A DNA stretch of 64,000 nt from Myxococcota bacterium (GTDB lineage Bacteria; Myxococcota_A; SURF-8): positions 960,001 through 1,024,000 of the forward strand of contig CAXXQS010000001.1 of NCBI GenBank assembly GCA_963674735.2, in the 5' to 3' direction. Position numbers and translations under genes: made by a program. The notes under the pieces were generated by a model. It had not been told where the DNA came from. It saw only the letters and a program-made list of their open reading frames with translations, and did not search any database. Positions 34,936-45,761 of this stretch are shown one piece after another (position 1 is the stretch's first letter; every line of letters begins with the position of its first letter).

Positions 34936-36690
34936 TCAATAAGGCTTCAGTTCCTTGTCGCCTGCATATTCGAGATAGGATGGAGCAATCCCGAAACAGC
35001 TATCTATGCGGGAACAGGACTGGCAAGGCTCGGCCTTGACGCCGAGATCCAGGGTGCCTTTGTCGAGCGTGAAGGTCGAGGTCGGCGTGACAACCAGCGC
35101 ATTTTCTTCCAGCGGATGCCACACCAGTTGTTCCTGGCCTTTGAAGAAGCAATAAGGGATGTAGTAACAGCGGATGGGACCCAAGCCTTTGGCTTCAGCA
35201 AAAACAGCCGCTTGTTTGACTGCTTGGGCGGCCTCCGTCATGTTGGGGGCCAGTTCGTCCCAGTGCTGGCGTGCGCGCCCCTCGGCTGTGACAAACCAGA
35301 AATTGAAGGCAGAAGCGCCAAATCCGGAAAACAGTTGTATATGGCGGGTTAGGGTGGGGACTGTCTGGCGGGTGAGAATCACATCGAGTTCCAACTTCAC
35401 CTGCGGTGACAATTCCGCTACATTTGCAACCGCCTGGGTCAAGCTGGCAAATGAACCTAGCGAACCGGTGAGGAAATCGTGAGTTTCGGGGTCGGCCCCA
35501 CGTACTGAAATGTTGAACTTATTGACTCCGGATGTTACCAACGCTTGCAGATAGTCGGAATCCGCCAGCCGGAAGCCGTGTGTTTGAACGGAAATCGTTT
35601 CGAAGTCCAAAGCCTTTGAATAGCGGATCAATTCCTCTAAATCGGAGCGTTCGGTCGGTTCGCCTCCGCCAAAGCGTATGACATGGGGACCGAAAGCCAT
35701 GGCGCGGTCGATTTGATCGAGAACCTGTTGAGTTGTCATGTTATGCGGGAGCAGGTGATCCTCGACCGCACAGTAGCGGCAATTGATCGAGCAACTATAG
35801 CCCGCGATGATATCCAGCATGCGAACACGGGATGATTCACCCGTTTGCGGGTCTTGCCCAAAATCCCAAAATCCTTGGCAAATATTGTCATGGGCGCATC
35901 GAGCGCATTTCGCGTTTTTAAAACGACGCTCTGCCAGCCAGTCACCCAAATTCACTTCGCGTCCATCCACAAACAGCATGCGGCGGCGCGATTTCCCGGT
36001 GTCATGCAGCGCGTAGCTTTCATAACCCGGCATAAAACAAGCCGGTAGGTTAATGGCTTGTATCCTGATCTTGCTGCCGAATTCTTCGATCAAGTCGACA
36101 ATAACCGTGCCCGCTTCATATGGATCGGGCGCCAACTCGGGTTTGACCTCCCCGAAAGGCGTGTAATATTGCAAGTTCCATACGTGGATACCCAAACGTT
36201 CGAGTAGCAAACCCAGTTTGCGCAGATGATGCAGGTTGGAAGCTACCAGTGTTGTATTGACGCCTAAGTCAGGGAAAGAGGGTTGAGCATTCATGATTCC
36301 TTTGACGGTCTGTTTGAAGGAACCGTTCTGGGTGGTCAAACTGTCATGGATGGAGGCGTCTCCACCGTGCAACGACACCAGCAGACGGATGGGGCGTTTA
36401 TTGAGCTGTTCCACTAGCGCGTGGTCGGAAAGCAGGCGACCGTTGGTGGTGACGGTGATGGGCTGCATGCCGACTTCAACGGCATAATCGATCAAGTCGA
36501 AGAAACGAGGGTAGAGAGTTGGTTCCCCGCCATCGATATCAAGGGCAGTGATTCCCTCGCGGAAAGCCTGATCGATGCGTTCTTTTTGCTGAGCAAAATC
36601 TCCGTGGGCGATGCTGCGGTCGGCAATGGCGCAGAAAATGCAATGGTTGTTGCACTTGTAGGTGACGTTGATAATCAGTTTTTCGTCCAT
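34936..36690 (-). CDS. Tandem double radical SAM protein
   Basis: CNNHCIFC + GGEPT and CSINCRYC + GGEPT; each half ends in CxxC-x5-CxG. Confidence 0.9.
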   Translation of the reverse strand: MDEKLIINVTYKCNNHCIFCAIADRSIAHGDFAQQKERIDQAFREGITALDIDGGEPTLYPRFFDLIDYAVEVGMQPITVTTNGRLLSDHALVEQLNKRPIRLLVSLHGGDASIHDSLTTQNGSFKQTVKGIMNAQPSFPDLGVNTTLVASNLHHLRKLGLLLERLGIHVWNLQYYTPFGEVKPELAPDPYEAGTVIVDLIEEFGSKIRIQAINLPACFMPGYESYALHDTGKSRRRMLFVDGREVNLGDWLAERRFKNAKCARCAHDNICQGFWDFGQDPQTGESSRVRMLDIIAGYSCSINCRYCAVEDHLLPHNMTTQQVLDQIDRAMAFGPHVIRFGGGEPTERSDLEELIRYSKALDFETISVQTHGFRLADSDYLQALVTSGVNKFNISVRGADPETHDFLTGSLGSFASLTQAVANVAELSPQVKLELDVILTRQTVPTLTRHIQLFSGFGASAFNFWFVTAEGRARQHWDELAPNMTEAAQAVKQAAVFAEAKGLGPIRCYYIPYCFFKGQEQLVWHPLEENALVVTPTSTFTLDKGTLDLGVKAEPCQSCSRIDSCFGIAPSYLEYAGDKELKPY

Positions 36691-36869
36691 TAAACGATCG
36701 CCTCCACTTGTTCGAGGAAGGTCTTCAAGCTATCAGCAAAGCAGAGGATGGTCAATGGCTTGTGTTTTGTGTGGAAAAGTCATGGTTGCTTGTAAAGCTT
36801 CGGTATCCAGTTTGCCTTATGCTATACTTCCGCCGCAAGCCCCGACGACCGGTGCAGGATGGATGATCA

Positions 36870-37628
36870 ATGAGCGCAAGTCGTTACATTTTATCGATTA
36901 TTTCCATGTCATTTTTGATCTTTGTGATTCTATGGCTTGGCTTTGACGGTATGGCCCTGGCTCAGGACGAGGGGGGACCGCCGTTGGAAGCCGATCCCCC
37001 AGCCTACTTGACTTTCGAGTTGCAAGCCGGTAGCGAGTTTCCACTGTCAATCGGGGCTCGTGGAGTGCTGCACATGCCCTACGGCCTCCATTTCAATTTG
37101 GGTGCGGGGATAATGCCCGAGCCTTATGTTGCTGTGACAAACGCCTTGTTGCAGGGGGTTGGCGCATACGGTGAAAACACGGCCAAACTGGTGGATGTTG
37201 CGTTATCGAATGCCTTGGTGCTGGATTTGCAATTCGGGTGGGATCCCGGATCGCCGGGGGGCTTTTTCTTCGATCTCGGCTATTCGCTTTGTATCCTTGG
37301 TGGACGAGACACCGATATCGATCTTGTCGAAGCGGCAACCGGTGTCGATCTGCGATTTATGCGCTTGGACCCAGAGATGGAAGTCTCAAGCCGATTGCAC
37401 AATTTATCGCTTCATGGCGGTTATATCTTTTTGATCGACCGGAATTGGTCGGTCACGCTGGCTCTTGGAATCGTCAAGACCGTGGCAGCTTCGAATAAGG
37501 TTAGTTTCAAGACCGATACGGCACGCAATAGCGTGGCAGCTTCTGAGATAGACGGCTATCTGAGTGATTTGTACCTGGAATATGGGATTATTCCGACCTT
37601 GTCATTCTATGCCGGATACCGTTTTTAG
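36870..37628 (+). CDS. Putative outer-membrane beta-barrel protein
   Basis: Signal peptide, alternating beta-strand pattern and C-terminal YAGYRF. Confidence 0.6.
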   Translation: MSASRYILSIISMSFLIFVILWLGFDGMALAQDEGGPPLEADPPAYLTFELQAGSEFPLSIGARGVLHMPYGLHFNLGAGIMPEPYVAVTNALLQGVGAYGENTAKLVDVALSNALVLDLQFGWDPGSPGGFFFDLGYSLCILGGRDTDIDLVEAATGVDLRFMRLDPEMEVSSRLHNLSLHGGYIFLIDRNWSVTLALGIVKTVAASNKVSFKTDTARNSVAASEIDGYLSDLYLEYGIIPTLSFYAGYRF

Positions 37629-37648
37629 AAAAGGCTAGAGAAGCGCGA

Positions 37649-38440
37649 ATGTCTCAAGACACGCAGCAGTTACAAAGTAAATCGGCTCTACTGGCCTTTG
37701 TCCGTCAGGTGGGGGAGGTGGGCCTCTTCTTTCTCAATGCGATCAACTGGGCTTTGCGACCTCCCTATCATTTCGGTGAATGGGTTCGCGTGATGAACAG
37801 TCTCGGCTGGCGATGCCTGGTTCCAGTCGTTTTGGTGGTCGGCCCCATGGGGGCGGCTGTCAGCCTGCAGGGAATGAAATTGCTGCAGATGTTCGGTACC
37901 GAGCACATGCTGTCGAGCATGCTTTCTGTGGCGATTCTGCGCGAAATTTCCCCCGTGATGGCGTCCATGATGGTGGCGAGTCAAGCCGGTTCCTCGATTG
38001 CGGCTGAATTGGGGGCGATGCGGGTCAAGGAAGAGATCGATGCGCTGGAAGTGATGGCCGTTAATCCCATCCAGCGACTCGTCGTGCCGCGTTTGCTGGC
38101 TGGCCTGGTTATCACACCGTTTTTGAACGCCTTTGCCAGCTTTGTGGGACTCGTCGGTGGCTACATTGTGGCGGTTCCCATAAAAGGGCAGAATCTCGGC
38201 ACATTTATGAGCAATCTCTATAGTATCGTCGGACCGGAAGATTTAACCATCGGTCTTATCAAGACGTCCTGCTTCGGTCTTGCGATTACGACTATCGCCT
38301 GTTACTACGGCTACAATGTCACCGGCGGAGCCGAGGGTGTGGGGCGCGCCGCCAACCGTACTGTGGTATACAGTGTGGTCGTGGTTTTACTGATCAACTA
38401 TTTCCTCTCTAGTCTATTTTACGGCAAAGTGGTCGGCTGA
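37649..38440 (+). CDS. mlaE: MlaE-family ABC transporter permease
   Basis: REISPV, AAELGAMRVKEEIDALEVMAVNP and GGAEGVGRA. Confidence 0.9.
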   Translation: MSQDTQQLQSKSALLAFVRQVGEVGLFFLNAINWALRPPYHFGEWVRVMNSLGWRCLVPVVLVVGPMGAAVSLQGMKLLQMFGTEHMLSSMLSVAILREISPVMASMMVASQAGSSIAAELGAMRVKEEIDALEVMAVNPIQRLVVPRLLAGLVITPFLNAFASFVGLVGGYIVAVPIKGQNLGTFMSNLYSIVGPEDLTIGLIKTSCFGLAITTIACYYGYNVTGGAEGVGRAANRTVVYSVVVVLLINYFLSSLFYGKVVG

Positions 38441-38549
38441 AAATACCTCTGAATTCGTCTGTAAGTTGTCGGAAAGGTTGACCTTCGGGGAAGAGGGGGA
38501 TATGTTTGTAAACGATATCCAATGAAACCATTAGCGAGGGACTGAAGCG

Positions 38550-39077
38550 ATGGCAATTTTCGAATTTGACGGGCATCGACCGCAGATCGGAAGCCGCTGC
38601 TATGTAGCGGATTCCGCCGAGGTTATCGGCAATGTGACGTTGGGTGAAGGCTGTTATGTCGGACCGGGAGCCGTTATTCGCGGGGATTACGGTCAGATCG
38701 TCATTGGCGCCAATACCGGAGTTGAAGAAAACGTGGTTATCCATGCGCGTCCGGAGGATATCTGTACCATCGGAGAATGGGTGACGCTCGGGCATGGCTG
38801 CATTATTCATACAGCAAAGAAAATCGACGATTACGCGGTTATCGGGATGGGGGCCATCGTGTCGGACTGGGCTGTGGTCGGAAGCTGGGCGGCAGTGGGA
38901 GAGGGTGCGGTGGTTCGCAACAAACAAGAGATACCGGCTGGTGGTATTGCGGTCGGAGTGCCCTGCAAAGTCATCGCCGAAACAAGTGACGAGTGGCGCA
39001 AAACCTGGATGCATTTCAAGGAACGCTATCAGGACTTCGCGCATACCTATCGTGAGCGGCTGAAGAGAATCGATTAA
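38550..39077 (+). CDS. Gamma carbonic anhydrase family (YrdA/PaaY-like) hexapeptide protein
   Basis: AVIRGD, three His in VIH and GHGCIIH, IGMGA, and GVPCK. Confidence 0.88.
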   Translation: MAIFEFDGHRPQIGSRCYVADSAEVIGNVTLGEGCYVGPGAVIRGDYGQIVIGANTGVEENVVIHARPEDICTIGEWVTLGHGCIIHTAKKIDDYAVIGMGAIVSDWAVVGSWAAVGEGAVVRNKQEIPAGGIAVGVPCKVIAETSDEWRKTWMHFKERYQDFAHTYRERLKRID

Positions 39078-39110
39078 GCAGTCGGCGCAGAGTATTCAGG
39101 GGAAATAGAT

Positions 39111-40466
39111 ATGGCGTGGCTGGATCGTGTTTTTGGTTATACGCAAGCCGGTAGCAGTTTTAGGGCGGAAGTCCGGGGAGGATTCACCACTTTTCTGACG
39201 ATGGCCTATATCATCTTTGTTCAGCCTGCCGTGTTAGCCATTGCCGGTATGCCTGCAGAGTCGGTTTTCCTAAGTACTTGTTTGGCTGCTGCATTTGGAA
39301 CGATTCTTATGGGATTGTTGGCGCGTTATCCCATTGCGCTTGCTCCGGGAATGGGAGAAAACTTCTTTTTCGTTTTCTCCGTAGCACTGGTGAAAGTCGG
39401 TGGGGAGCAAGTCGGTTGGCAGGCGGCGCTGGGCGTCGTGTTTATGTCGGGGTTGGTGTTCTTTCTGCTCACGGCTTTTAAAATTCGCGAGATGATTCTC
39501 GAAGCCGTGCCGGCGAGTTTGCGCAATGCCATTGCCGTTGGCATCGGTCTTTTTATCGCGGAAATCGGCTTGTTACATGCCGGGATTATCACGGTCGACA
39601 AAATCAGCTTGTTGCCGAAACTCGGCGACTTCAGTTCTCCGCCCGTTTTTCTAGCCATTTTGGGATTGCTGCTGACTATGGCGCTGATGGCTCGCCAAAT
39701 CCGGGGTGCGATCATGTGGGGAATTCTGGCCACGACGGGGCTGGGATGGTTATTCGGGGTGGTGGAATATGGGGGTATTATTTCGGCTCCTCCTGCCGAT
39801 TTCACCGTGTTTTTCGCTATGGATTTGGGGCGAGTGTTCAGTCATATCGACTTTTTGACCCTGATTCTGGTTTTCCTGTTCATGGATATGTTCGATACGC
39901 TGGGGACGTTGGTGGGGGTCAGCGAACAAGCGGGTTTCATGAATAAAGACGGCAAACTTCCACGTGTCAACCGGGCATTGTTTGCCGACGCCACGGCCAC
40001 GGTAGCCGGTGCCTGCATGGGTACATCCACCGTAACAAGCTATATCGAGTCGGCCTCCGGTGTGGAAGCGGGTGCGCGCACGGGGCTTGCCAACGTGGTG
40101 ACGGGATCCCTATTTTTACTGGCGCTTTTTTTCTTTCCTCTGGTTGCCATGGTTGGTGGAGGCTGGTTGATTCCGGGTAGTCAACCTTCGGCCTATCTTT
40201 ATCCCATCACGGCCCCTGCTTTGATCGTGGTGGGCTCGATGATGGCGCGCAATGTCATGAAAATCGATTGGAGCGAGGTGGGGGAAGCCATCCCCGCATT
40301 TCTGACAATCATCGGTATTCCATTGACATTTTCCATTTCCGACGGCTTGGCATTCGGCTTTATCAGCTACCCTTTCATTAAGCTCTTTGACGGGAAAGGT
40401 CGCGAGGTTTCACCGTTATTGTATTTACTGGCTGTCTTGTTTGTTGCTCGATATGCCTTTTTGTGA
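39111..40466 (+). CDS. NCS2/AzgA-family purine permease
   Basis: TTFLTMAYI, APGMG, FDTLGT and TSYIESASG...GARTG. Confidence 0.92.
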   Translation: MAWLDRVFGYTQAGSSFRAEVRGGFTTFLTMAYIIFVQPAVLAIAGMPAESVFLSTCLAAAFGTILMGLLARYPIALAPGMGENFFFVFSVALVKVGGEQVGWQAALGVVFMSGLVFFLLTAFKIREMILEAVPASLRNAIAVGIGLFIAEIGLLHAGIITVDKISLLPKLGDFSSPPVFLAILGLLLTMALMARQIRGAIMWGILATTGLGWLFGVVEYGGIISAPPADFTVFFAMDLGRVFSHIDFLTLILVFLFMDMFDTLGTLVGVSEQAGFMNKDGKLPRVNRALFADATATVAGACMGTSTVTSYIESASGVEAGARTGLANVVTGSLFLLALFFFPLVAMVGGGWLIPGSQPSAYLYPITAPALIVVGSMMARNVMKIDWSEVGEAIPAFLTIIGIPLTFSISDGLAFGFISYPFIKLFDGKGREVSPLLYLLAVLFVARYAFL

Positions 40467-40473
40467 GACTGAA

Positions 40474-41409
40474 ATGAAGCAGGTACCCCGCATTTCCGTT
40501 TGCTTGGTTTCCTGGAACGGCTGGGACGATCTGGATCGCTGTCTGTCCTCAGTCGAGACCCAAACTCTTGCTCCCTTCGAAGTTCTGCTGAGTGACAATG
40601 ATTCTAAAGACGATACTCCCAAGCGAGTTCGCGAGCATTATCCATGGGTATTGCTGGAGGCATTGGAAGAAAATGTCGGTTTTGCCGAAGGGACCAACCG
40701 CGCGGCAACACGGGCGACGGGCGACTGGCTGTTTGTGGTCAATACCGATACCGAATGGGCCTCAAACCTTATCGAAGTTCTGATTCAGGCAACTGAAACA
40801 TACCGGAATTACCCGATAATTTCTTGTCAGATGCGCAGTATGGCAGATCGGCATACCATCGATTGCAAAGGCATGCGTTTTCTGCCTTCACTGCGGGGGC
40901 AAATGGTTGGGCCGGGTCAAATGGTTGACCCAAACGAAGAGCCTTATCCCATCTTCGGGGCGACAGGCGGAGCCATGCTTGTCCGAAAAGACGTGGTCGA
41001 TGAAATCGGTCTGTACGACTCCGCCTTCTTCTTCAATAACGAAGATGTCGATTTTGCCTTACGCGCTTTAAGTGCCGGTTATCGAACCTTATATCTGCCC
41101 CAGGCTGTCGTCTACCATCGGCGTTCACCCAACGAGGCGCGTATCCCAGAAAAAGTGCTCTACTATATCCAGCGCAACATGGAATTGGCTGTTTTCAAGA
41201 ATATTCCCTGGCCGGTTTGGCTGGCATTAGGCCCTCTGCACCTTGCCTATAACGGCTATCAGCTTGGAAAATGGAGCGCCAGGGGGATGGGTGGGGTTGT
41301 TTTGAAAGCGAAAGTGGATGCGATCAAAATGATGCCGAAGTTGGCTCGAAATCCGATTTCCACGAAGAAATTATTGAAATCATTAGGGCGATTTCGCTTG
41401 AAAGACTAA
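40474..41409 (+). CDS. Family 2 glycosyltransferase
   Basis: VSWN, DNDSKD, NVGFA, NTD, EDVD and VYH. Confidence 0.88.
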   Translation: MKQVPRISVCLVSWNGWDDLDRCLSSVETQTLAPFEVLLSDNDSKDDTPKRVREHYPWVLLEALEENVGFAEGTNRAATRATGDWLFVVNTDTEWASNLIEVLIQATETYRNYPIISCQMRSMADRHTIDCKGMRFLPSLRGQMVGPGQMVDPNEEPYPIFGATGGAMLVRKDVVDEIGLYDSAFFFNNEDVDFALRALSAGYRTLYLPQAVVYHRRSPNEARIPEKVLYYIQRNMELAVFKNIPWPVWLALGPLHLAYNGYQLGKWSARGMGGVVLKAKVDAIKMMPKLARNPISTKKLLKSLGRFRLKD

Positions 41410-41412
41410 CCG

Positions 41413-42912
41413 TTATGAGTTGGACACCTGTTCCGTATCCGATGGCAGATAATACTCGGCCGGTGGGAAGTCGTTGAGATCTTTGGCGATGGCGACTTTC
41501 AGGAAATTGTTGACCCACCGGAAGATATTGTGCTGTTGGATGGAGCGGCGCATGCGACTCATGCGGGCTTGACGTTCTTCCGTAGGCATATGATAGGCAT
41601 GATGGATGGCGTCGGCAACCCCTTCGACATCGAATGGATTGACCATCAACGCTCCGTGTTGCAACTGGGCGGCGGCTCCGGCAAATTCGCTGAGGATCAA
41701 AACGCCGTCTTCTTCCAGGTTACTGGCGCAATACTCTTTGGCGACCAGATTCATTCCGTCTTTCAAGGGGGTAATAAGGGCAATTTCGCAGGTACGATAA
41801 TAGGCCACCAGCTCCGTACGGTTGAGCGGACGGAAGATATACAGGATGGGTGTCCAGCCCGTTTCCGTAAAACGCCCGTTGATTTCACCGACGTAGCGTT
41901 CGATCTGCTGCTTAAGCGCGCGATACTCCTCGACTTCGGTCCGACTGGGGACGACCACCTGAATGAATGTGACATTGCGACGTAATTCGGGATAACGTTC
42001 CAGTGCATTTTCAAAGGCCCGCAATCGGCGCGGAATTCCCTTGGAATAGTCGAGTCGGTCGACTCCCAGAATCAGTTTACGCTTCGGTAGATTGGCGTGA
42101 ATGATCCAGGCTTCATCCGATGCCTCTTTGGTTTCCGCCAATTTGGAGAACTGCTGGTAGTCGATACCGATGGGGAAAGCTCCGATTCGCAGGGAACGAT
42201 CTTGGAACGAGGCGTCGGCCACGGTTCCCGATCCGCTGATTCGAGCGCCGGGCAATAAAGTGCGTACGCATTGAATAAAGTTGCGACGGTCGCGCATGGT
42301 TTGAAAACCGAGTACATCGTATTCCATCAAGGCTTGCAGAATGAGAAAGCGCCAAGGTAGCTTAAGGAAAATATCGAGCGAAGGGAAGGGGATGTGCAGA
42401 AAAAAACCGACTTTACGTTCGTGATTTTGTTTTTTCAACTCCTGTGCGACCAGCATCAGGTGGTAATCTTGCACCCACACAAAATCTTTTTCGGTCGTCG
42501 TTTCAGAGATTGCTTTCGCGAATTTGCAGTTGACGGATTGATAAACCGGCCAGTAATCCGGTGCAAAGTTGCAGCGGGAAGGCAGATCGTGAAACAAGGG
42601 CCATATGATCTCGTTTGAAAAGCCGAAGTAGTAAAGGTCGATTTCCTCTTGCGATAGATCGACCGGTTTCAGCGAGTAACCCGAGTCGGCTGCTCCTTTT
42701 GCCAGCAGGGTTTCCAATTCATGTTCGGACAAACCATTATTGCCTGCTCCACCCAGCCAGCCGATCCAGATGCCGCCGCGGTTACGTAATACCGGACTGA
42801 AGGCCGTCACGAGTCCTCCCGAGCCGGGAGTGACATTCCAATTCCCATGAGGATCGTGTCCGATGACGATCGGCAGGCGGTTGGAAACGATGACCAGGTT
42901 ACGGCTTTCCAT
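41413..42912 (-). CDS. otsA: Trehalose-6-phosphate synthase
   Basis: [29 protein letters not shown] and DGMNLVAKE. Confidence 0.95.
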   Translation of the reverse strand: MESRNLVIVSNRLPIVIGHDPHGNWNVTPGSGGLVTAFSPVLRNRGGIWIGWLGGAGNNGLSEHELETLLAKGAADSGYSLKPVDLSQEEIDLYYFGFSNEIIWPLFHDLPSRCNFAPDYWPVYQSVNCKFAKAISETTTEKDFVWVQDYHLMLVAQELKKQNHERKVGFFLHIPFPSLDIFLKLPWRFLILQALMEYDVLGFQTMRDRRNFIQCVRTLLPGARISGSGTVADASFQDRSLRIGAFPIGIDYQQFSKLAETKEASDEAWIIHANLPKRKLILGVDRLDYSKGIPRRLRAFENALERYPELRRNVTFIQVVVPSRTEVEEYRALKQQIERYVGEINGRFTETGWTPILYIFRPLNRTELVAYYRTCEIALITPLKDGMNLVAKEYCASNLEEDGVLILSEFAGAAAQLQHGALMVNPFDVEGVADAIHHAYHMPTEERQARMSRMRRSIQQHNIFRWVNNFLKVAIAKDLNDFPPAEYYLPSDTEQVSNS

Positions 42913-43711
42913 CTTGTTTTCCTAGGGGCGTGTTCGCCCAAGCAATTAAAAAATCTCGCACGGCTTCGATGTTGGGTAAACTGCCTTCTGCAGCCGTATT
43001 TCGAATTCGACTTCCAACCCGGATCCCGATACCTTTTTCTGGCAAAATGCGAAAGGCATCCTCATCGGTTTCGTCGTCCCCCAGATAGACGGGAAACGGT
43101 GGAGACTCGAAGCTCTCGATGAGTTCCAGCAGTGCTTCGCCCTTGCTTCGTCCGGGTGCGCGTACTTCAATTCCACCGTTGAAACGACGGCAGTCGAGGC
43201 CGTATGGAAGGGCGAGTGCGTTCCAGGTTGAATAGATGCGTGTTTCAAGAATCTCCGCTTGTCCATCCGGCAAACCGCGTGTGTGCAGAGCGACCGAGGC
43301 TATTTTTGTTTCGATCTTTCGCTTGGGGACAAGTTCGCGAGCTGCGTTGAGTGCTTTTTGAAGCCCGGCTTTTTCTTTGGAGTTGGGTGGGTGCAAGACT
43401 GTCGCACCATTTGGCGTTCGCCGTTCCCGGCCATGGCTACCGATGATGGTGATACCGAGATCGCCGGTCAGTTGCAAGACTTCACGTACCGGACGTCCGG
43501 AGATCAGAGCCATGCTGGTATCAGGGCGTTCGCGTATTTCACTCAAAACCGGTAGGATACCTTCGAGTGGATACGCATCCATCCGTTGAACCTGAAAAGG
43601 AGCCAACGTGCCATCGTAATCCAAGGCCAGCAACCGCCGGTCGATCGTCGCGAGCTGTTTCCAGAACCCGATGACGGGTTCGTTTTTGTCGGTGAGCCCG
43701 TTCAAGGTCAT
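42899..43711 (-). CDS. otsB: Trehalose-6-phosphate phosphatase
   Basis: HAD motifs LDYDGTL, SGR, KG and GDDETDEDAF. Confidence 0.93.
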   Translation of the reverse strand: MTLNGLTDKNEPVIGFWKQLATIDRRLLALDYDGTLAPFQVQRMDAYPLEGILPVLSEIRERPDTSMALISGRPVREVLQLTGDLGITIIGSHGRERRTPNGATVLHPPNSKEKAGLQKALNAARELVPKRKIETKIASVALHTRGLPDGQAEILETRIYSTWNALALPYGLDCRRFNGGIEVRAPGRSKGEALLELIESFESPPFPVYLGDDETDEDAFRILPEKGIGIRVGSRIRNTAAEGSLPNIEAVRDFLIAWANTPLGKQDGKP

Positions 43712-44943
43712 AACTCGATACGATCTTTGAAGTCGCGAGTTACAGCAACCATGAGGGTCAAATACTCTCGCAGGTGCCGTGTTAAAAGAAAGTTCTCCAA
43801 AACGAAACGGCGAGCTTTGACTCCGATTTCCTCGATTTTCTCGCGGTGAGTCAGCAGATAGCGGATGCGCAAGGCCGCCCCTTCCGGCGTGTTGACGAGA
43901 AATCCCGTATGGTGGTTGATGACCTGCAGCCGAATCCCACCGGTATCTCCGCCGATGACCGGAGTTCCTTTCCAGAGCGCTTCGGTAACGGTTAAGCCGA
44001 AGCCTTCACGGGTGGATTTCTGAAGAACGATGTCGGAGGCTCGCTGAAATGCGTTGATGGTGCGATGAGCGTCGGACGGAAGCATCAGGATATGAATGTC
44101 TGAATCATCGGCCGCCGCCGCCTGAACTTCCCGAAGCACGATCTCGCCTTCTGGATCATCCGATGCCCCTCCGCCTGCCAATACCAATTGAAGCGGTGTA
44201 AACGCCTTGGCTTTACGATAGGCATGAATCACCCCTACCGGATCCTTGAACCGATCGAAACGTGAGACTTGACAGATCATCGGTCGTTCCGGGTCCAGAT
44301 GGAAGCGGGTGTACAGTTCATCGATTTCTTCTTTGGGAAGTTCGACGTTTTTTTCACTCAACGGATCGATGCTGGGGGGAATGAGATAGCTTGGGTGCGG
44401 CAATTTCTGTGCGAAATCGGGAAGCGACCAGACGCTGGCATCGTAGGGTGTAATGAAGTTTTCCAGGTACTTCCATATCGGTCGGTAGGGATGGCTTGCA
44501 TCGATGTGACAGCGCCAAATCCATTTCCCCTTTCGTTCTGGACAGAAACTCAACAAAGGGGCGGGTTGAGGGTCGTGAATGAAGACCACATCCGCTTCTT
44601 CAAGTTTCGTTCGCAGACGTTCGGCATTTTCGGCGTTGGTGCTTTCGAAGGCATCCAATAAAGCTTGTGGAACATGAACGCGGTTTCCCTGTAGGGCATT
44701 GTGAAAATTCTTCGTGCAGTTGTAGAAATCACCTTTTCCAGTGACGACCTCCCACTCGGCATCCATTCCAAGCTCGCGCTTCAGAGGAATCAGGCGATGA
44801 AGAATTTCAGCGACGCCACCGCCTTCCTTGGTGGAATTGATATGGAGAACTTTCATCCCCTTGAGGTCTTCGGCCAATTGTCGCAACTGATCGATGACAT
44901 CGTCACCGACGACGGCCGCATATTGTTCCAGTGTGGCTCCCAT
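43708..44943 (-). CDS. treT: Trehalose glycosyltransferring synthase (GT4)
   Basis: NSTKEGGGVAEIL, HDPQP, WRCHID, SRFDRFKD and EGFGLTVTEA. Confidence 0.88.
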   Translation of the reverse strand: MGATLEQYAAVVGDDVIDQLRQLAEDLKGMKVLHINSTKEGGGVAEILHRLIPLKRELGMDAEWEVVTGKGDFYNCTKNFHNALQGNRVHVPQALLDAFESTNAENAERLRTKLEEADVVFIHDPQPAPLLSFCPERKGKWIWRCHIDASHPYRPIWKYLENFITPYDASVWSLPDFAQKLPHPSYLIPPSIDPLSEKNVELPKEEIDELYTRFHLDPERPMICQVSRFDRFKDPVGVIHAYRKAKAFTPLQLVLAGGGASDDPEGEIVLREVQAAAADDSDIHILMLPSDAHRTINAFQRASDIVLQKSTREGFGLTVTEALWKGTPVIGGDTGGIRLQVINHHTGFLVNTPEGAALRIRYLLTHREKIEEIGVKARRFVLENFLLTRHLREYLTLMVAVTRDFKDRIEL

Positions 44944-45602
44944 CAGACGGCTCCGTTTTCGATGTAGTTGTTAACGATCAGGCTCAGTTGCTCGCGTAGT
45001 TCGGACAGACTCTTGAAGTAGGGGTCGAGGCTGCTCAATTGCAGTAGAAGCTCGGTGTGTTGATCCCCGAAATTTTCAAGCCAAGTGCTGAAATCGTCGG
45101 ACCGGCCGGGGGTACGCGTACGCGCATCGACAAAGTGATAGAAAACGCTGCTGACCGACATGTGAGGAACCAGTGATTTTAAATCCTGCGGATTGTTGAG
45201 TCTCATTTGTGTGTCGAAGACGACGATTTGAGCGCGGGTAAATTGAAACTTTTTATCATTGCGCGCCCAAGGAACCATTTCGGTTTCGTCCAGGCGTTCT
45301 TCGATAACATCAATGAGTTCGAGCCTTAGGTTCTCCATCGTTTCGAAATCGGTAGGATCGATGATGGATAATCGTTCAGCCAGTCGTTCATCGTGCAACC
45401 CATAGTGTGCCCATTGCGCGAAATCGTTTGGGTATTCCGGGTTTTCAAAGGTGGGGCGCAACAACCCACCCCAAAAGTGGTAATAAATACTGTCGGGATC
45501 GATTTCGCGGAGGCGATCGCGCAGTTCACGCAGATTCTGGGCACGCTTGCCTGTCGAGAGGGCCAGGAGCGCACAGTCCTTGACGGCAAAGGATTCACTC
45601 AT
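44943..45602 (-). CDS. DUF5752-like protein (TreT-associated)
   Basis: Internal duplication SIYYHF...NDFAQW / SVFYHF...DDFSTW; stop overlaps the treT start. Confidence 0.75.
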   Translation of the reverse strand: MSESFAVKDCALLALSTGKRAQNLRELRDRLREIDPDSIYYHFWGGLLRPTFENPEYPNDFAQWAHYGLHDERLAERLSIIDPTDFETMENLRLELIDVIEERLDETEMVPWARNDKKFQFTRAQIVVFDTQMRLNNPQDLKSLVPHMSVSSVFYHFVDARTRTPGRSDDFSTWLENFGDQHTELLLQLSSLDPYFKSLSELREQLSLIVNNYIENGAV

Positions 45603-45761
45603 GTGATTCTTCCTCTCTTTTCCATCGTCATTCCCCAAAAATGATGTAGCATTCAATGGTGATTATACGGTAAGAACATCCAATGATCAACCGGCTTCTT
45701 CCGGTATCTGTCAATAATGACATGAAAATACACGTGAATATTCCATTTAAGGTCATTCCGA

